A stretch of 26,647 nt of DNA from Myxococcales bacterium (GCA_037441385.1 JBBISH010000090.1:1-26647); one strand, 5' to 3'. Positions 1-7,715 are shown, counted from the first letter of the stretch. Made by a program: numbers and translations. The notes: generated by a model not told the origin, from the letters alone.

Positions 1-81
1 ATGACCCCGCTCACCAACGAGAATGCCTGGCACGCGCGCATCCCCCAGGCGGTGCCGCCGATGGCCAAGCCGCAGTCGTAG
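1..81 (+). CDS. 3' end of a gene entering from the left edge (partial), product unknown
   Basis: Frame 1 reads MTPLTNENAWHARIPQAVPPMAKPQS-TAG(79-81) with almost all codons ending in G/C; converges on rlmH. Confidence 0.5.
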   Translation: MTPLTNENAWHARIPQAVPPMAKPQS

Positions 82-120
82 CCACCCTGAACTGAGCCAA
101 ACTCCTGCTTGAATTCAGAG

Positions 121-591
121 CTAGCGGTGGTAGGGCAGACCCTTTTGGCGAGTGAGCGCACGGTACAACTGTTCGAGCAGCACAACTTCGGCCAGATCGT
201 GGGGCAGCGTCATCGCCGATAACGACAGGCGCAGGTTGGCACGCGCCCGCACGCGGTCGTCGACGCCGTCTGGGCCGCCCAGTACACAGCAGACCTCGCG
301 CACGCCCTGCTCCGCGCGCGCCGTCAGCCAATGCAGCAGTTGATCGCTGGTCTGGCCCTGCCCGACGACATCGAGCAGAACAACCTGACTTTGCGGTGGA
401 ATTAGCTCCAAGATCGCGTCGCACTCCTTGGTGCGAGCCGCGCTATCGACACCAGCGCGGGTGCGGCGGATGGCTTTGCCGGCGCGGCGCTCGAACGGGA
501 CGAGCCGGCTGATGCGCTCTTGGAAATCCGCGCACCACTGGATCGCGGCTGGGTGGGTCGGCCGACCTGGGGCAACGACGACAAGGCGCAT
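121..591 (-). CDS. rlmH: 23S rRNA (pseudouridine1915-N3)-methyltransferase RlmH
   Basis: 156 aa SPOUT protein with LD..G...S, VLGGPDG, LSLSAMTLPHDLAEVVLLEQLYRA and C-terminal GLPYHR; lies directly downstream of rsfS as is typical. Confidence 0.95.
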   Translation of the reverse strand: MRLVVVAPGRPTHPAAIQWCADFQERISRLVPFERRAGKAIRRTRAGVDSAARTKECDAILELIPPQSQVVLLDVVGQGQTSDQLLHWLTARAEQGVREVCCVLGGPDGVDDRVRARANLRLSLSAMTLPHDLAEVVLLEQLYRALTRQKGLPYHR

Positions 592-597
592 GGTGAA

Positions 598-1197
598 CTA
601 GGCGTGATCGTCGTCGAACGCGTCGTCGGCGCTGGCATCCGAAGCCTTGAACTCTTCGTCGGATTCCTCTTCGTCCATGCTGTCGACTGCGCCTTCGGGA
701 AGGGCGGCCGTGCTCCAGAGCTCGCCCGCGTAGTCAAACGACTCCTCGATGAGCTGGTCGGGGCTGACCTCGGCCACCCACTTGGGCTCTTCCAGGTGCA
801 GCCGCGGAGCGTCGGCGTACAGGCGCTCGAGCTGGTAGTACTCGCGGACCGGGCGCTGGAAGATGTGCACCACCAGGTTGCCGTAGTCGAGCAGCACCCA
901 GCGGCCCCAGGTGCGGCCCTCGACGCTGATCGGCTTTTCGCCCAGTGTCTTTTGCAGGTGTTCCTCGACGTTGTCGGCCAGCGCGATCGCGTGCCGGTCC
1001 GAGGTCGCCGAGGCGACCACCAAGTAGTCGGTGTACTGAGCGAGCTCTAGCACTCGCATCGCTACCACGTTGAAACCCTTGCGATCCCAGATGGCCATGG
1101 CCGCGGCGCGCGCCATCTCGGCCGAGCGATCCAGGCTGGGGACGTTGGACTTGGGCGACGAGTCACCCTGGTTCTGGGGGAGATTGTTTTGCGTCAC
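598..1197 (-). CDS. rsfS: Ribosome silencing factor RsfS (Iojap family) with acidic C-terminal extension
   Basis: Motifs DRKG, TDYLVVASATSDRH, EG...WVLLDYGNLVVHIF, REYYQLERLY. Probable GTG at 1197 overlaps the proA stop (GTGA); alternative ATG at 1116. The upstream part of the 598..2025 ORF is a frame-shifted overlap with proA. Confidence 0.93.
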   Translation of the reverse strand: MTQNNLPQNQGDSSPKSNVPSLDRSAEMARAAAMAIWDRKGFNVVAMRVLELAQYTDYLVVASATSDRHAIALADNVEEHLQKTLGEKPISVEGRTWGRWVLLDYGNLVVHIFQRPVREYYQLERLYADAPRLHLEEPKWVAEVSPDQLIEESFDYAGELWSTAALPEGAVDSMDEEESDEEFKASDASADDAFDDDHA

Positions 1198-2504
1198 GTG
1201 CGCACCTGGCCCTGGCCGTAGACGACAAAGCGCTCGGCGGTGAGTGCTTCCAGGCCCATCGGGCCGTAAGCATGTAATTTGGTAGTCGAGATGCCAATTT
1301 CGGCACCTAGTCCAAGGCAGCCGCCGTCGTTGAAACGGGTCGAGGCGTTGACGAGCACGCACGACGCGTCGACACCGCCGACAAATGCGCGCGCCGCGTC
1401 GAGATCGCGGGTGACGATCGCTTCGGTGTGGCGACTGCCGTAGCGGGCGATGTGATCGAGCGCGCCCTGCAGGCCGTCTACGACCTTGACGGCACAGATC
1501 AAGTCCAGAAATTCGAAGCCGAAGTCGCCGTCGGTTGCGGTAACCGCCAGGCCACCGCTGCGCGCGACGGTCTGCGGACAGCCGCGAACTTCCACGCCGC
1601 GGGCCGCAAGCGCCCCTACCAAACGAGGCACCGCGGCATCCGCGATCGCCGCGTCGATCAGCAGGCACTCCAGAGCATTGCACACGCCGGGCCGTTGGGT
1701 CTTGGCGTTGACGGCCAGATTCTCGGCCATCGCCAGATCGGCGGTCGACTCGACGAATAGGTGGCAAACCCCTTGATAGTGCTGGATGACGGGCACACGC
1801 GCACTGCGCATGACGGCATCGATCAGCGCGGTACCGCCGCGCGGAATCACCACGTCCAAGCCCGGAACGGTCGAGACCAGCACATCGACCAACTGGTGAT
1901 CCAGGTAGGCCGGCGCTTGCACCGCGTCGCCCGGCAGGCCCGCGTCCGCCAGCGCTTCGCGCAACAGATCGACCAGCGCGGCATTGGTGTGTTTGGCCTC
2001 GGAACCACCCCGAAGAACGACACAATTGCCAGCCTTCAGCGCCAGCACCGCCGCGTCCACGGTCACGTTGGGCCGCGCTTCGTAGATGATGCCGATGATG
2101 CCAAGGGGGACGCGCTGGCGGCGTACCTCCAGGCCGCTGGGGCGAATCTCGCCGTGGGTGATCGCACCGACGGGGTCGGCCAGGCTCAGCACTTCGGTGA
2201 CCGCTTGGGCCAGGGCCCGCAGGCGCGGCACATCCAGGCGCAGCCGGTCGATCATGGCGCGCGGACGGCCCGCTTGCTCGGCCTCGACCAGATCGCGCTG
2301 GTTGATCGCGGCCAAAGCGTCGCAGCGCAGCACAAGCAATTCGGCAGTCTTTTCTAGAAACCGGTGCTTTTGGGCGGTGGTCGCCTGGGCCATGCGCGGC
2401 ACGGCGGCGCGTGCGGCTAGCAGCAGGTCGCGCACATGGGCGGCAAGGACGGCGTCGTTCCCGCTGCGAGCGGCTGGAGTCGACGCCACGTCAGAATGTG
2501 TCAA
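1194..2504 (-). CDS. proA: Gamma-glutamyl phosphate reductase (glutamate-5-semialdehyde dehydrogenase)
   Basis: VPLGIIGIIYEARPNVT, LRGGSEA, VIPRGG, RPGVCNALE (catalytic Cys), VNASTRFNDGG, GAEIGISTTKLHAYGPMGL. Start chosen is TTG 2504, 7 nt after GGGAG; GTG 2540 is the alternative. Confidence 0.96.
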   Translation of the reverse strand: MTHSDVASTPAARSGNDAVLAAHVRDLLLAARAAVPRMAQATTAQKHRFLEKTAELLVLRCDALAAINQRDLVEAEQAGRPRAMIDRLRLDVPRLRALAQAVTEVLSLADPVGAITHGEIRPSGLEVRRQRVPLGIIGIIYEARPNVTVDAAVLALKAGNCVVLRGGSEAKHTNAALVDLLREALADAGLPGDAVQAPAYLDHQLVDVLVSTVPGLDVVIPRGGTALIDAVMRSARVPVIQHYQGVCHLFVESTADLAMAENLAVNAKTQRPGVCNALECLLIDAAIADAAVPRLVGALAARGVEVRGCPQTVARSGGLAVTATDGDFGFEFLDLICAVKVVDGLQGALDHIARYGSRHTEAIVTRDLDAARAFVGGVDASCVLVNASTRFNDGGCLGLGAEIGISTTKLHAYGPMGLEALTAERFVVYGQGQVRT

Positions 2505-2546
2505 GGACAAGCTCCCAGTCGACGCGGCAAGATGCCACACGATGCG

Positions 2547-2575
2547 ACGATAGTTTCGCCGGCGCGGCGCGTCAA
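2547..2575 (-). promoter_or_regulatory. Sigma70-type promoter of proA-rsfS-rlmH
   Basis: Minus strand TTGACG-17 nt-TATCGT immediately upstream of proA. Confidence 0.65.
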
Positions 2576-2658
2576 ATCAGCCGGCGATCGTGCGCGCCGG
2601 GCTAGTCCCGGTCCGCGCTAGACGTGACGAATATACCACATCGTTTTGCGCCAGACAC

Positions 2659-2688
2659 TTGCCACCAGTGGCGGCTGGACAGTAGCGT
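2659..2688 (+). promoter_or_regulatory. Possible sigma70-type promoter of map
   Basis: TTGCCA-18 nt-TAGCGT, about 57 nt upstream of the map GTG. Confidence 0.4.
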
Positions 2689-2745
2689 ACGCCAGCTTTG
2701 GGCGACTAGGCCCCAAAATCATGCAAAACGCGGCGAGGACAGCTG

Positions 2746-3510
2746 GTGGTCAATCGGAAATCGGAAGCGCAAATTCAGAAGATGCGGCTGGCGGGCGCAG
2801 TGGTGGGCGACACCCTGCGGATGCTGCGCGGCCTGGCCCAAGAAGGGGTGACGCTGCGCGAGCTGGACAAGGCGGCGGAAGCGTTCATCCGCGGGCGCGG
2901 CGGCAAGCCGACCTTCAAGGGCTATCACGGATTTCCGGCTTCGCTGTGCCTGTCGCTCAACCACGAAGTGGTGCACGGCATCCCCAACAACCGCAAGCTG
3001 AAGAAAGGCGATATCTTGGCCATCGACTGCGGCGTCACCCTGGACGAATGGGTGGGCGACGCGGCCATCACGATCATGATCGAGCCCGTGGCCGAAGAGG
3101 TCCGCCAATTGGTCACGACCACCTACGCCAGCCTGGATGCGGGCATCGAGGCCGCCAAGGTCGGCGCGCGGTTGGGCGACATCGGCGCCGCCATCGAGCG
3201 GGTGATCAACCGCCGCGGCTACGGCATCGTGCGCGAATACTGCGGCCACGGCGTGGGCAAGGCCCTGCACGAGGACCCGCAAGTGCCGAACTACGGCACC
3301 GCGGGCAGCGGCCCGCGCATCCAGCCCGGCTGGTGTCTGGCCTTGGAGCCGATGGTCAACCTGGGCGGCGACGCGGTCCACACGCTGAGCGACGGCTGGA
3401 CCGTGATCACCAACGATGGCAAGCCGTCGGCCCACGTCGAGCACTCGATCGCGATCACGGATGCTGGCGTGCAGATCCTGACTTTGTGCAGCGACGGCAC
3501 CCGGCCCTAG
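2746..3510 (+). CDS. map: Type I methionine aminopeptidase
   Basis: FKGYHGFP, SLNHEVVHGIP, IDCG...GDAA, YCGHGVG..LHEDP, ALEPMVN, SAHVEHSI (metal ligands D, D, H, E, E present); GAGGA RBS before GTG. Confidence 0.97.
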   Translation: MVNRKSEAQIQKMRLAGAVVGDTLRMLRGLAQEGVTLRELDKAAEAFIRGRGGKPTFKGYHGFPASLCLSLNHEVVHGIPNNRKLKKGDILAIDCGVTLDEWVGDAAITIMIEPVAEEVRQLVTTTYASLDAGIEAAKVGARLGDIGAAIERVINRRGYGIVREYCGHGVGKALHEDPQVPNYGTAGSGPRIQPGWCLALEPMVNLGGDAVHTLSDGWTVITNDGKPSAHVEHSIAITDAGVQILTLCSDGTRP

Positions 3511-3557
3511 TTCACTAGACCCCATAATAATTCGCGTGTTGCCGCCCTCGTTCGCCT

Positions 3558-3596
3558 GCAGCCCGCGCGCTGGCGACCGCGAAGCTGCTTTTTCTT
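3558..3596 (+). terminator. Possible intrinsic terminator after map
   Basis: GCAGC(3558-3562)/GCTGC(3584-3588) outer stem with inner CGCG pairing, followed by TTTTTCTT; competing stems exist (CGACCGC/GCGGTCG). Confidence 0.3.
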
Positions 3597-3668
3597 GCGG
3601 TCGGGCCGCGGCAAAACCGGGCTCCGCGTCGATCACTCTGCTGAGCACAGCCGTGCCCGGAGGATGCG

Positions 3669-4325
3669 ATGACGTGGCGCGAAGCCGTCGATTGGGCGAT
3701 TGGTGGAGTATTTCAGGGAAGTTGTTGGAGCTGCGGCCTGCCGGCCCGCGTCGGTGAACGCCTCGCGTGGTGCGCGGGCTGCGGCGTGGCAGTCGAGCCC
3801 GGTCCCCGCCCAACGGCGGGCGATTGGCCGGTCGCAGGCCTCTACGTCTATGCGGGCGCGGTGGCCGACGCGATCGCCAGCGCCAAGGCGCAAGGGCGGC
3901 CGTTGCCGCTGGACATCCTGGGCCGGAACTGGCGGCACCACGTGGCCACGATCGCCCAGCGTCTGGAGGTCGACGCGGTCTGCGCGGTGCCGCCAGAACG
4001 GCAGCGCTTGGCCGAGCGGGGTTGGCACCTGCCGGACCAGTTGGCCCGCCGATCGGGTCTGGCCGTGCAAGTCGCGCTGGCCCGGACGGATCACGCGGCG
4101 CCACGGCGCCTGGAGCGCGGGACGCCCCCGGTGTTCGCTGCGCGGGTGGGCCGGGGCAGGTTGTTGCTGATCGACGATGTAGTGACGAGCGGCGAAACCC
4201 TGCAGACGGCGGCGGCAGCGCTGAGTCGGGCCGGTTGGACCCCACTGGGCGCCGCCGTGCTGGCCGACGCGCGCCCGGCTTCGCTGGCGCAGGTACTGGG
4301 TCACGGTGCGTCTTGGGGTGGCTAG
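3669..4325 (+). CDS. comF: ComF family protein (Zn-ribbon plus phosphoribosyltransferase fold)
   Basis: N-terminal CWSC...CAGC, VP...R..ERGW, PRPP loop LLLIDDVVTSGETL; GGAGGA RBS before ATG. Confidence 0.85.
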   Translation: MTWREAVDWAIGGVFQGSCWSCGLPARVGERLAWCAGCGVAVEPGPRPTAGDWPVAGLYVYAGAVADAIASAKAQGRPLPLDILGRNWRHHVATIAQRLEVDAVCAVPPERQRLAERGWHLPDQLARRSGLAVQVALARTDHAAPRRLERGTPPVFAARVGRGRLLLIDDVVTSGETLQTAAAALSRAGWTPLGAAVLADARPASLAQVLGHGASWGG

Positions 4326-4335
4326 AGACTCGACC

Positions 4336-4361
4336 AATTACTGGATATTCGTTCAGTAATT
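4336..4361. promoter_or_regulatory. Palindromic operator, LexA (SOS)-box-like
   Basis: AATTACTG-GATATTCGTT-CAGTAATT: perfect 8-bp arms around 10 nt; CTG-N10-CAG core; contains the GTTCAG end of the Myxococcus xanthus LexA consensus. Confidence 0.5.
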
Positions 4362-4386
4362 CACTCTGCCTGTCGCGTCTCCAGCC

Positions 4387-4615
4387 CCAAGTGGGGCGCA
4401 AGCGAGCGATTGCGGCGACTCGCCGCGCCGATTTCGACGGCTCATACGCACCCCACCTGATTCGCGCCTGTACGGCTTCTCTGACCCGTTCTGCAACTGG
4501 CGAGAATCAGGCGGGGACCCCGGTTCGGGCCCGAAGAATTGCCCGAGTTTTCGATCCGATTCGGGCGGAATTGGTATCAAAAACGCGGAGAAAGTTTCGC
4601 TTGCGACCCGCTTGG
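4387..4615 (+). ncRNA. Structured non-coding element (candidate 6S-like RNA or retron msr-msd-like RNA)
   Basis: 19-nt terminal inverted repeats (17/19 match) enclose a 66-nt hairpin (4451-4516, 16 of 18 outer pairs) and several small stems; no credible ORF; G.U wobbles mostly favour the + strand. Confidence 0.55.
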
Positions 4616-4623
4616 TCACGTCG

Positions 4624-5730
4624 CTAGCCGAAGAGGCCGGCCAGCGACCAACCACCCGCAGCGCCACTGCACAGCCCTGCAGCCGCGAGCCACTGGACCA
4701 GCGCCGCCAACCCGGCCCAGCGCGGCGCATCCTGAGCGGCCACCAAGCGAGCGGAGCCCGCGAGCAGGATTGCGGTCAATGACCATACCGCGGGGTCGCG
4801 CGGCAAGCTCACCGCCGCGGCATCCCCCGTAGCCAACGCCAAGCCGGCGATGGCCAGGCCGGCCAAAGCCGGGACCGCGACGTCCCATCGCCGGGTGACC
4901 GCTCCCTGGGCGTCCGGCGTGCGGTAGAGGACCAAGGCCACGACCGCCAACCAGCGCCAGCCAGCCAAGGCGAACAACCCAAAATCGGCCTGCCACGCGC
5001 TGTCTTGAAGCGCCACGATGCCCGTGGGGAGGGCTGGGGCCGTATCGGACTGCCACGCCAGGGCCAGCGATGCGGCGCCAAGCAGGGCAACCCCGACCGC
5101 GCCACGTCGGCGCAACAGGCCGTCGCCCAAGACCGCCCACGTCGCCAGCCATGCGCCGCCGCCGGTCAGCAGCAGATTCGGCCAATGGGCCCACAGATCA
5201 CCGGGGTGCGGGGTCCAGGCGATCCCGGTCACTGCGGCTGCTGCGGTTGAGCCTGGCAGCGTCAGCAAGACCGGCGCCCGCCAAAGAGCCACCGGCACAT
5301 CGTCCGGACCCCACGGCAAGAACAGCAGCAGCAACACCAAGGCCAACCGCCCAAGGTTGGAACCGCCGGCCAGGCCAACGCCTTGCCAACCCAGCGCCAA
5401 AAGCACCAACCCGGCCACGCCCAGCGGGACAAAGCGCGAGGCCAGGACCACGGACGCCGGAGTGGCCACCGCCAGTGCCGCCGCTGCCGCCACGCCCGCC
5501 CACGCCAGCCAGCCGGCCGAGCGGTCGCTCCACAGCGCGAGCGCCGAGCCGACCGCAATGCCCGCCAGGACCAAACCCGCGCCCGGGGCGGCTACGTGCC
5601 CCAACCCGGCGGCCAGGGACGCGACGGCGGCCGCCAAAGCCAACCGCCGCTGGCCACCGCGAGCCGCGACCGCCAGCAACAGCGCCGCAAGCACTGCAAG
5701 TCCTCGCCAAATCATCACTTCGCCGCTCAT
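4624..5730 (-). CDS. Polytopic membrane protein, degenerate CcsA/ResC (cytochrome c assembly)-like
   Basis: ATG 5730 overlaps the upstream stop (ATGA). Many TM segments; ALQDSAW resembles ALQSxW, and GLALATG...RDPAVWSLTAILL resembles GIITG...WDPKETWSLITWL; WWD tryptophans and conserved His are absent. Confidence 0.6.
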   Translation of the reverse strand: MSGEVMIWRGLAVLAALLLAVAARGGQRRLALAAAVASLAAGLGHVAAPGAGLVLAGIAVGSALALWSDRSAGWLAWAGVAAAAALAVATPASVVLASRFVPLGVAGLVLLALGWQGVGLAGGSNLGRLALVLLLLFLPWGPDDVPVALWRAPVLLTLPGSTAAAAVTGIAWTPHPGDLWAHWPNLLLTGGGAWLATWAVLGDGLLRRRGAVGVALLGAASLALAWQSDTAPALPTGIVALQDSAWQADFGLFALAGWRWLAVVALVLYRTPDAQGAVTRRWDVAVPALAGLAIAGLALATGDAAAVSLPRDPAVWSLTAILLAGSARLVAAQDAPRWAGLAALVQWLAAAGLCSGAAGGWSLAGLFG

Positions 5731-6749
5731 GGCTGCCCCATTCGGCGCGGTCGCGCACCGGCCACCGCAGCCGCGGCCGCCAAGACCAACGCCAGCCACC
5801 ACGCGTGCACCGGCCAGCCGACCGGCGCCACCGCGATCCGTACGCGATCGCCAGGCCTAGCTGTGGCCGAGACCGTGGACGATCCCGACAAAATCGGGGA
5901 ACTCCACCAAGTCAGCGGACCGCCTTCGGCCACCGCCAGCACCGTAGGACCGCCCGCCGCCGACGCCTGCGGAATCCAACGCGCACGAACCGCCTGCGCA
6001 TCGGCCGCCTTGCCCGCCTGCAACTGCACTTGGACGGGCGCCCCGCCAGCTTGGACGGAGCCGATGAACTGGAAACGATCGGCGACGGGATTGGGAGAGC
6101 GCCCGATCCAGGTGAACTGCCAGCCCTGGCGCGTCTCGCTCTGGCCCGCGGCGAGGTGAACTTTTGCAGGCCCTTCTGGGACTTCCAAGCTGCAGTCCAG
6201 TTCGCGCCCGCTCGCGTCGGGTGCGCAAGAGCCGACGAAACGCCCTGGTGCGGGAGCCGCGTGGCCCAAGTCGTACGCCCAGGCCTGCGTGGCCGGCTGG
6301 GCCGTTTGGACATCGACGTCGAGCCAGGTCACCGCGGGTCGCCCGATGTTCCAAAGCACCCAGATGGCCCAGAACGTGGCGGCTACGAGCCACATGGCGC
6401 CCACCGCGCGCTGGCCGCTCCGGACTGCGGTCCCGTCGCCCAGCCAGCCGCTGCGCAGCGCCAACACGGCGACCGCGGCGATCCACCAGAGCATCACAGG
6501 GAGGGCAACTGTCAGATCGTCCAGGCCCAAGCTGCCCAACGCCATCAGGTCCGAGCGACCCAAGCCGTCGGCCAGCCAGCGCGGCGCATCGCGTTGCGGC
6601 AACTGCGAGCCCAGCCAAGCCAGCAGCGCGCCGGTCGTCAGCACGGCCGCGGGCGCCGCCGGTCCGCGCAGGATCTGCACGAGCGACCACCACAGCGGTG
6701 GCGCAGGGGGCAGGCTAGGGCTGGGGGACAAAGGGGAGGTTTCGGGCAC
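5727..6749 (-). CDS. Membrane protein with periplasmic domain, degenerate ResB/CcsB-like
   Basis: LLAWLGSQLPQ...LGLDDL resembles the ResB N-terminus (ASIIGTLIPQ...LGLFDV); 3 N-terminal TMs, a soluble beta-rich region and a C-terminal TM. GTG 6749 follows GGGAGA; GTG 6761 is the alternative. Confidence 0.6.
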   Translation of the reverse strand: MPETSPLSPSPSLPPAPPLWWSLVQILRGPAAPAAVLTTGALLAWLGSQLPQRDAPRWLADGLGRSDLMALGSLGLDDLTVALPVMLWWIAAVAVLALRSGWLGDGTAVRSGQRAVGAMWLVAATFWAIWVLWNIGRPAVTWLDVDVQTAQPATQAWAYDLGHAAPAPGRFVGSCAPDASGRELDCSLEVPEGPAKVHLAAGQSETRQGWQFTWIGRSPNPVADRFQFIGSVQAGGAPVQVQLQAGKAADAQAVRARWIPQASAAGGPTVLAVAEGGPLTWWSSPILSGSSTVSATARPGDRVRIAVAPVGWPVHAWWLALVLAAAAAVAGARPRRMGQP

Positions 6750-7094
6750 GAGGTCTCCCACTGGTCAAGGCTCAGGAGTCGGGGAGAATCGCTGTGGCCT
6801 TGCGAAGTTGCACGCACACCGTTGCACATGCAGTGCGCCGCAGCAACCGGCGCGGCCCGGTGGGGGGCTCAGCGCGGCCGCCTTGGTTGGTCTAGGAGTC
6901 TGTCGGAGAAATGCGATCAATCTATAGGCCTATTAGGTATAGCTAGTTGATCTTATTACGCTCCGCCAGTTTCCCAGCCATCTTCGTTTGTGCAACCGGC
7001 CGAGCATCACCCGAAGTGAATTCGTTCGATTTCTACCAGTTGCCGTCGCGCACGCCGCGGCGCTGGGAGCGAGTCGGATGATCCCGACACGTTC

Positions 7095-7331
7095 TCAGGC
7101 GTCGACGAACTGCACGTTGACGCGCTCGCCGCGAACCGTGGCCGCGGCGTGCACCAGGTTGCGCAGCGCCCGGGCCGTGCGGCCTTGCTTGCCGATGACC
7201 TTGCCCACGTCTTCGCGGCGCACGCTGAGGCGCAAGATCGTGCCCTCGGGCGTGGTTTCGCTTTGAACGCGCACGTCGTCGGGGAAGTCGACCAGCAGCA
7301 CTGCCAGATACTGGAGCAGTTCTTGCGTCAT
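7095..7331 (-). CDS. khpA: KH-domain RNA-binding protein KhpA
   Basis: 78 aa, LVD.PD.V, DVGKVIGKQGRTARALR (GxxG loop); downstream of rpsP as is typical. Confidence 0.93.
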   Translation of the reverse strand: MTQELLQYLAVLLVDFPDDVRVQSETTPEGTILRLSVRREDVGKVIGKQGRTARALRNLVHAAATVRGERVNVQFVDA

Positions 7332-7466
7332 GACGCCCTCACGGTTGGCGGCCTGCCGCGGTCACAGGGCAAACGCCGCGGCGATCCCACGGCTGCCGGA
7401 CCGCCGGCCGAAAATGGCATGACCACAAAGTTTGGACGAGACCACGAAATGGGGACGGATTTCCGA

Positions 7467-7715
7467 CTACGCGCCCGCGCGCTTGGCCTGACGAACCAGG
7501 GCGGCGACGGTGTCGCTGGGCTGAGCGCCGACCGACAGCCAGTAGTCGTAGCGAGCCTGCTCGAGCTTGAGCGCCGCGGGCTTCTGCAGCGGATCGTAGC
7601 TACCCAGCTGCTCCAGGAAGCGGCCGTCGCGGCGCGCCTCGCTGTTGGCCGCGATCACGCGGTAGTAGGGGGACTTCTTGCTGCCGTAACGAGCGAGACG
7701 AATGCGAACCGCCAT
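7467..7715 (-). CDS. rpsP: 30S ribosomal protein S16
   Basis: MAVRIRLARYGSKKSPYYRVIAANS...RDGRFLEQLGSYDP...WLSVGAQPSDTV; GGAG RBS before ATG 7715. Confidence 0.97.
   Translation of the reverse strand: MAVRIRLARYGSKKSPYYRVIAANSEARRDGRFLEQLGSYDPLQKPAALKLEQARYDYWLSVGAQPSDTVAALVRQAKRAGA

Noticed and set aside
87..118. CTGAA...TTCAG inverted repeat between convergent genes
   Set aside because: Short, weak stem with no U-tract; not enough to call a terminator or operator.
2538..2547. Leaderless proA start at GTG 2540 coinciding with the predicted TSS
   Set aside because: A TTG at 2504 with a well-spaced GGGAG RBS explains the data more simply; not excluded without TSS or proteomic data.
3517..3544. 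dif-like sequence AGACCCCATAA-TAATTC-GCGTGTTGCCG
   Set aside because: Only the XerC-like arm resembles dif; the normally best-conserved XerD arm (TTATGTTAAAT) matches only at TGTT.
4353..4445. 30-aa minus-strand ORF MSRRNRRGESPQ... as a type I toxin under the LexA-like box
   Set aside because: Not hydrophobic, weak RBS, and the box lies at its 3' end rather than upstream.
4469..4494. Minus-strand GAACGGGTCAGAGAAGCC resembling SRP RNA helix 8 flanks
   Set aside because: The essential GNRA-capped stem and the AGCAG internal loop are missing.
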